Shown here: piece by piece, positions 61,313-64,000 of the stretch | Numbering within the stretch: position 1 is the first letter of the stretch | Layout: every line of letters starts with the position of its first letter | From: Candidatus Saccharimonadota bacterium | GTDB lineage: Bacteria > Patescibacteriota > Saccharimonadia > Saccharimonadales > UBA4665 | Assembly (NCBI GenBank): GCA_018062785.1 | Contig: JAGORO010000003.1 | Coordinates: 23,801-87,800 of the forward strand | Direction: 5' to 3' | DNA: 64,000 nt | Position numbers and translations under genes: made by a program | The notes under the pieces: generated by a model | What the model was told of the DNA's origin: nothing | What the model saw: the letters and a program-made list of their open reading frames with translations, nothing else | The model's database searches: none

Positions 61313-62614
61313 TTATAGCGCAAGATTATCGATATTGGGATTAATCACTTTGGGCTGTGGCTCTTGTGTATCTTGGGTTGTCTGCTCACTCGGAGCCGCT
61401 GTGGGCTGAACAATCTGCTCGGTGTTTGCTTGTTGCGCGGCTGCTTCTTGTGCCAGTTCTTTGGCAACGAGATCTTCTAGGCTTGTTTTTTCGCCTGCTT
61501 CTTCTATGATCGGCTGGATGACTTTCTCGGTGTTTGTACTTTCAGTCGCTACTTCTGGTGGCGCATCGGCTGCTTCGACGACGGGAGCTTCTTCCGTATC
61601 AGCCACAGTCTCGGAGGGCATGACAGTGGTGTCGGGCTCGGCAGTGGCAACTTCGGTTTGGACTGATGTCTCTACAGGTGCGGTTGCTACCGGCTCGTTC
61701 GACGATTCTTCTTGACCAACTAGACTGTTGATTTGGTTCTGTAGCACCTCTTCCTCGCTGGCGGCTGATTGAGGAGCTGTGGTGTTTATGGAATCTTCGG
61801 CGGTCTGAAGGTCGGGAGTAATCAGGTTGCTATCGGGTAGCTCTGGACTGGCGCTTGGCTGCTGGAGCTCTGCTTGAGGTTTTAGTGTGACTAAGGGCGT
61901 GGACTCATCTACGGTGGCATTTGTCTCTGACAGTTCGGGCGCTGCCTGCTGCGTAACGACGGTCTCCGTAGGCTCGACTACGGGCTCGGGTGCTGCAACA
62001 GGAGCAGTAACTTCATTGGAGACCGAGGAAGCTTCTTGGGACGCTTCTGGAGCGACTGGCTGAACGGAGGTCGTCTCGACTTGAGGCATAACGACTTCGC
62101 TCGATTGAACGTCGGGGGTACTAGCTGTATCGTTTGCGGGTGCTTCTGAGGTTTCTGCAGCTGGAACTGGTTGCTGCAGAGCTTCTGTAGCGGCCGGTTG
62201 TGACTCTGCCGTCGTTGCGGGCACGGGCTCTCCTCCGGCTACGCCCTCGCCAAGTAATTCACGGGCAGAGCCTACAATATCTTCTAGGGTAACTTGAGAC
62301 TTCACGAGGTATTTATCTGCTCCAAGATTGTCAGCACGTCCACGGTCGTCGGCCTGACCAAGGGCGGTCAGCATGATAACTTTGGTGCTTTTGAGCTCAT
62401 CGGTGTTGCGTAAGATGTCGAGCATCTCGAAGCCGCTGATACGTGGCATCATCACGTCCGAGATGATCAAGTCTGGCCGGTGTTGCTTGGCGAGCACGAG
62501 GGCTTCCTCGCCGTTCTGAGCGGCCGTAACTTCATAACCTTCGGCCATGAGTCTTGCCTGGTATATCTCTCGCAAATTATTGTCATCTTCGGCTAAGAGT
62601 ACTTTTGCTGCCAT
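61313..62614 (-). CDS. Response regulator: receiver domain fused to an approximately 310-aa acidic low-complexity tail, with no recognisable output domain
   Basis: Receiver motifs VLLAEDD, LIISDVMMP, VIMLTAL, KYLVKS. The remainder is P/T/E/A/Q/V-rich with almost no K or R. Confidence 0.85.
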   Translation of the reverse strand: MAAKVLLAEDDNNLREIYQARLMAEGYEVTAAQNGEEALVLAKQHRPDLIISDVMMPRISGFEMLDILRNTDELKSTKVIMLTALGQADDRGRADNLGADKYLVKSQVTLEDIVGSARELLGEGVAGGEPVPATTAESQPAATEALQQPVPAAETSEAPANDTASTPDVQSSEVVMPQVETTSVQPVAPEASQEASSVSNEVTAPVAAPEPVVEPTETVVTQQAAPELSETNATVDESTPLVTLKPQAELQQPSASPELPDSNLITPDLQTAEDSINTTAPQSAASEEEVLQNQINSLVGQEESSNEPVATAPVETSVQTEVATAEPDTTVMPSETVADTEEAPVVEAADAPPEVATESTNTEKVIQPIIEEAGEKTSLEDLVAKELAQEAAAQQANTEQIVQPTAAPSEQTTQDTQEPQPKVINPNIDNLAL

Positions 62615-62682
62615 TTTAACCCCTTTGAATGTTGTTATGGTTTGTTCAATCTGATTATAGCACGGTGTGTAACCTGAGGTAG

Positions 62683-63939
62683 TTAGATTTGGGGTAGTGG
62701 TGTTGTGAGCAGCCCATCCGCCTCTTGCTTCTTTTGGCGTTCGGCAGACGCTGTGTCAATCCTAGGAAGGTTTATGTAAAATGTCGTACCCTTCTCTAGT
62801 TCGCTTTCTACCCATATTCTCCCTTGGTATAGCTCAACAATTTTACGGCAAATGAATAACCCCAAACCCGTACCGCCGATAGTACGCGTCGCACTATTAT
62901 CGACTCGGTAAAATTTCTGAAAAAGGTGCTGTATGTCTTCGGGCGGTATACCATGACCCGTATCACGTATATACAGCTGTACGACCTTGTCATCGCCGGT
63001 TAATCCGAGGGTTACCTTGCCCTCATCGGTGTACTTGCAAGCGTTATCAAAAAGGTTTGTCACGACCTCTCTTAGGCGATCGGGGTCAACCGAGGCGTAG
63101 AAGAGTGGCCGAATGACGCGTTCTCCTTTCTGCGCGGTTGCATCCGTGAGGTTACCGAGTAGGAATTCGGTGTATAAGCCTTTTTTCTCTGCGGAGAATT
63201 TGAGGTCAGAGGTAAGATTTTGTAGAAACTCACCCAGCTCAACAATCTGTGGGTGACTTGTGAGGCGTCCATCTTCTGCTTTGGCGCTCGTCAGGAGATC
63301 TTGGAATAATTGGCCGAGGTGCTTGGTGCTACTATGGGCCTTGTCGAGGTAGTCTTTGGCACGGCTATCGATGGTTGCGACTTTTTCGTTTAAGGCTAAA
63401 CTTAGGTAACCCTCGATGGCTGCAACCGGCGTTCTCATCTCGTGGCTTGCCGTGCTGATAAAGTCGGCTCGTTGGTTTTCTTCTTCGCGTTCTTGGCTTA
63501 CATCGCGAAACACGCCAACTACGCCCGAGACCTTGCCGGTTGCATCTTGCAAAGGAGATACAGTGATATGGGTTGCAATACTCTTGTTGGAGCGACTAAT
63601 AGTATTGGCGGTATTATCTCGTGTGGCTTGGTTCGTAGAAAAAGCCTTGCCGATTGCCGTGTCGCTATCTGGCAAAGTTTCGCCCTTTGCATTAACGAAA
63701 CGGAAGACGGACCGCCAGTCGAAGCCCTCTGCCTCTCCTTGTTTCCAGCCCATAATGTTACTCGCTCCAGGGTTAAAAACGCGAATGACTTGATCGGCAT
63801 CGATGAGGATGACGCCGTCTTCAATGGCGTTAAGAATGATGTCGGCAACGGCTTTTTCGTCGCGTAATCGTGCGGCTGCAACTGGGGCCACATCCGAAGG
63901 CTGCCTAGTATTTTTGCTCAAAAATGAAAATACACCCAC
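62683..63939 (-). CDS. Cytoplasmic PAS-domain sensor histidine kinase
   Basis: PAS (NAIEDGVILIDADQVIRVFNPGASNIMGW), H-box SHEMRTPVAAIEGY, N-box NLFDNACKYT, G-boxes DTGHGI and GTGLGL. No TM segment. Confidence 0.9.
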   Translation of the reverse strand: MGVFSFLSKNTRQPSDVAPVAAARLRDEKAVADIILNAIEDGVILIDADQVIRVFNPGASNIMGWKQGEAEGFDWRSVFRFVNAKGETLPDSDTAIGKAFSTNQATRDNTANTISRSNKSIATHITVSPLQDATGKVSGVVGVFRDVSQEREEENQRADFISTASHEMRTPVAAIEGYLSLALNEKVATIDSRAKDYLDKAHSSTKHLGQLFQDLLTSAKAEDGRLTSHPQIVELGEFLQNLTSDLKFSAEKKGLYTEFLLGNLTDATAQKGERVIRPLFYASVDPDRLREVVTNLFDNACKYTDEGKVTLGLTGDDKVVQLYIRDTGHGIPPEDIQHLFQKFYRVDNSATRTIGGTGLGLFICRKIVELYQGRIWVESELEKGTTFYINLPRIDTASAERQKKQEADGLLTTPLPQI

Positions 63940-64000
63940 TCCTACATCATCCCACCACTGATATATGTTCGTACAAGCATAATAATTTTATATCTGTAAG

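Noticed and set aside
1-64000. Searched by eye for CRISPR arrays, tRNA/rRNA genes, transposases, integrases, prophage blocks and alternative genetic codes.
   Set aside because: There are no regularly spaced direct repeats. There is no T-arm (GGTTCGAATCC-like) in a cloverleaf context; the GTTCGAGTC at about 11660 lacks matching stems. No recognisable recombinase motif is present. TGA, TAA and TAG all terminate conserved genes at the expected lengths, so the code is standard code 11.

Overview
This 64-kb window reads like a gene-dense, small-genome bacterium, probably Patescibacteria/CPR and Saccharibacteria-like. That placement is an inference from gene content: a sigma-region-4/HARE-HTH protein, a CarS-type lipid gene, a trimmed dcw cluster and many orphan membrane-anchored proteins. 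The genetic code is standard; TGA, TAA and TAG are all used as stops and no in-frame stop interrupts a conserved gene. I saw no rRNA, tRNA, CRISPR array, transposase or integrase.

All protein calls come from reading motifs by eye. No search was run.

Housekeeping content:
- prfB, with no frameshift
- ftsE-ftsX, followed by a PcsB-like coiled-coil CHAP hydrolase and an S41 peptidase
- pyrG, rpmA, xseA-xseB, recO, glyQS
- a reduced dcw cluster: mraZ, rsmH, ftsL-like, ftsI, mraY, ftsW, murG, ftsQ-like
- topA, dprA, pth, der, a pseudouridine synthase, and a PAS histidine kinase with its response regulator

Findings most worth follow-up:
1. An overlapping three-gene lipid head-group operon (38012..39871) that uses an archaeal-type CDP-archaeol-synthase-like (CarS/DUF46) enzyme.
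2. A roughly 400-nt highly structured RNA candidate (56939..57340) bounded by a near-consensus promoter and an intrinsic terminator. It does not look like tmRNA, RNase P or SRP RNA.
3. An accessory module (21261..26062): S51 peptidase, membrane protein, nitroreductase-like protein, adenylate-forming ligase and a TspO-like membrane protein.
4. A -10 box 6-9 nt upstream of the ATG at 14 or more genes, implying widespread leaderless mRNAs.
5. A degenerate kinase-like protein plus a receiver with Glu at the phospho-acceptor position, translationally coupled to recO.
6. Two long inverted-repeat elements (7192..7405 and 42655..42930), an MraZ-box operator array, and a 788-bp gene-free gap between convergent genes.
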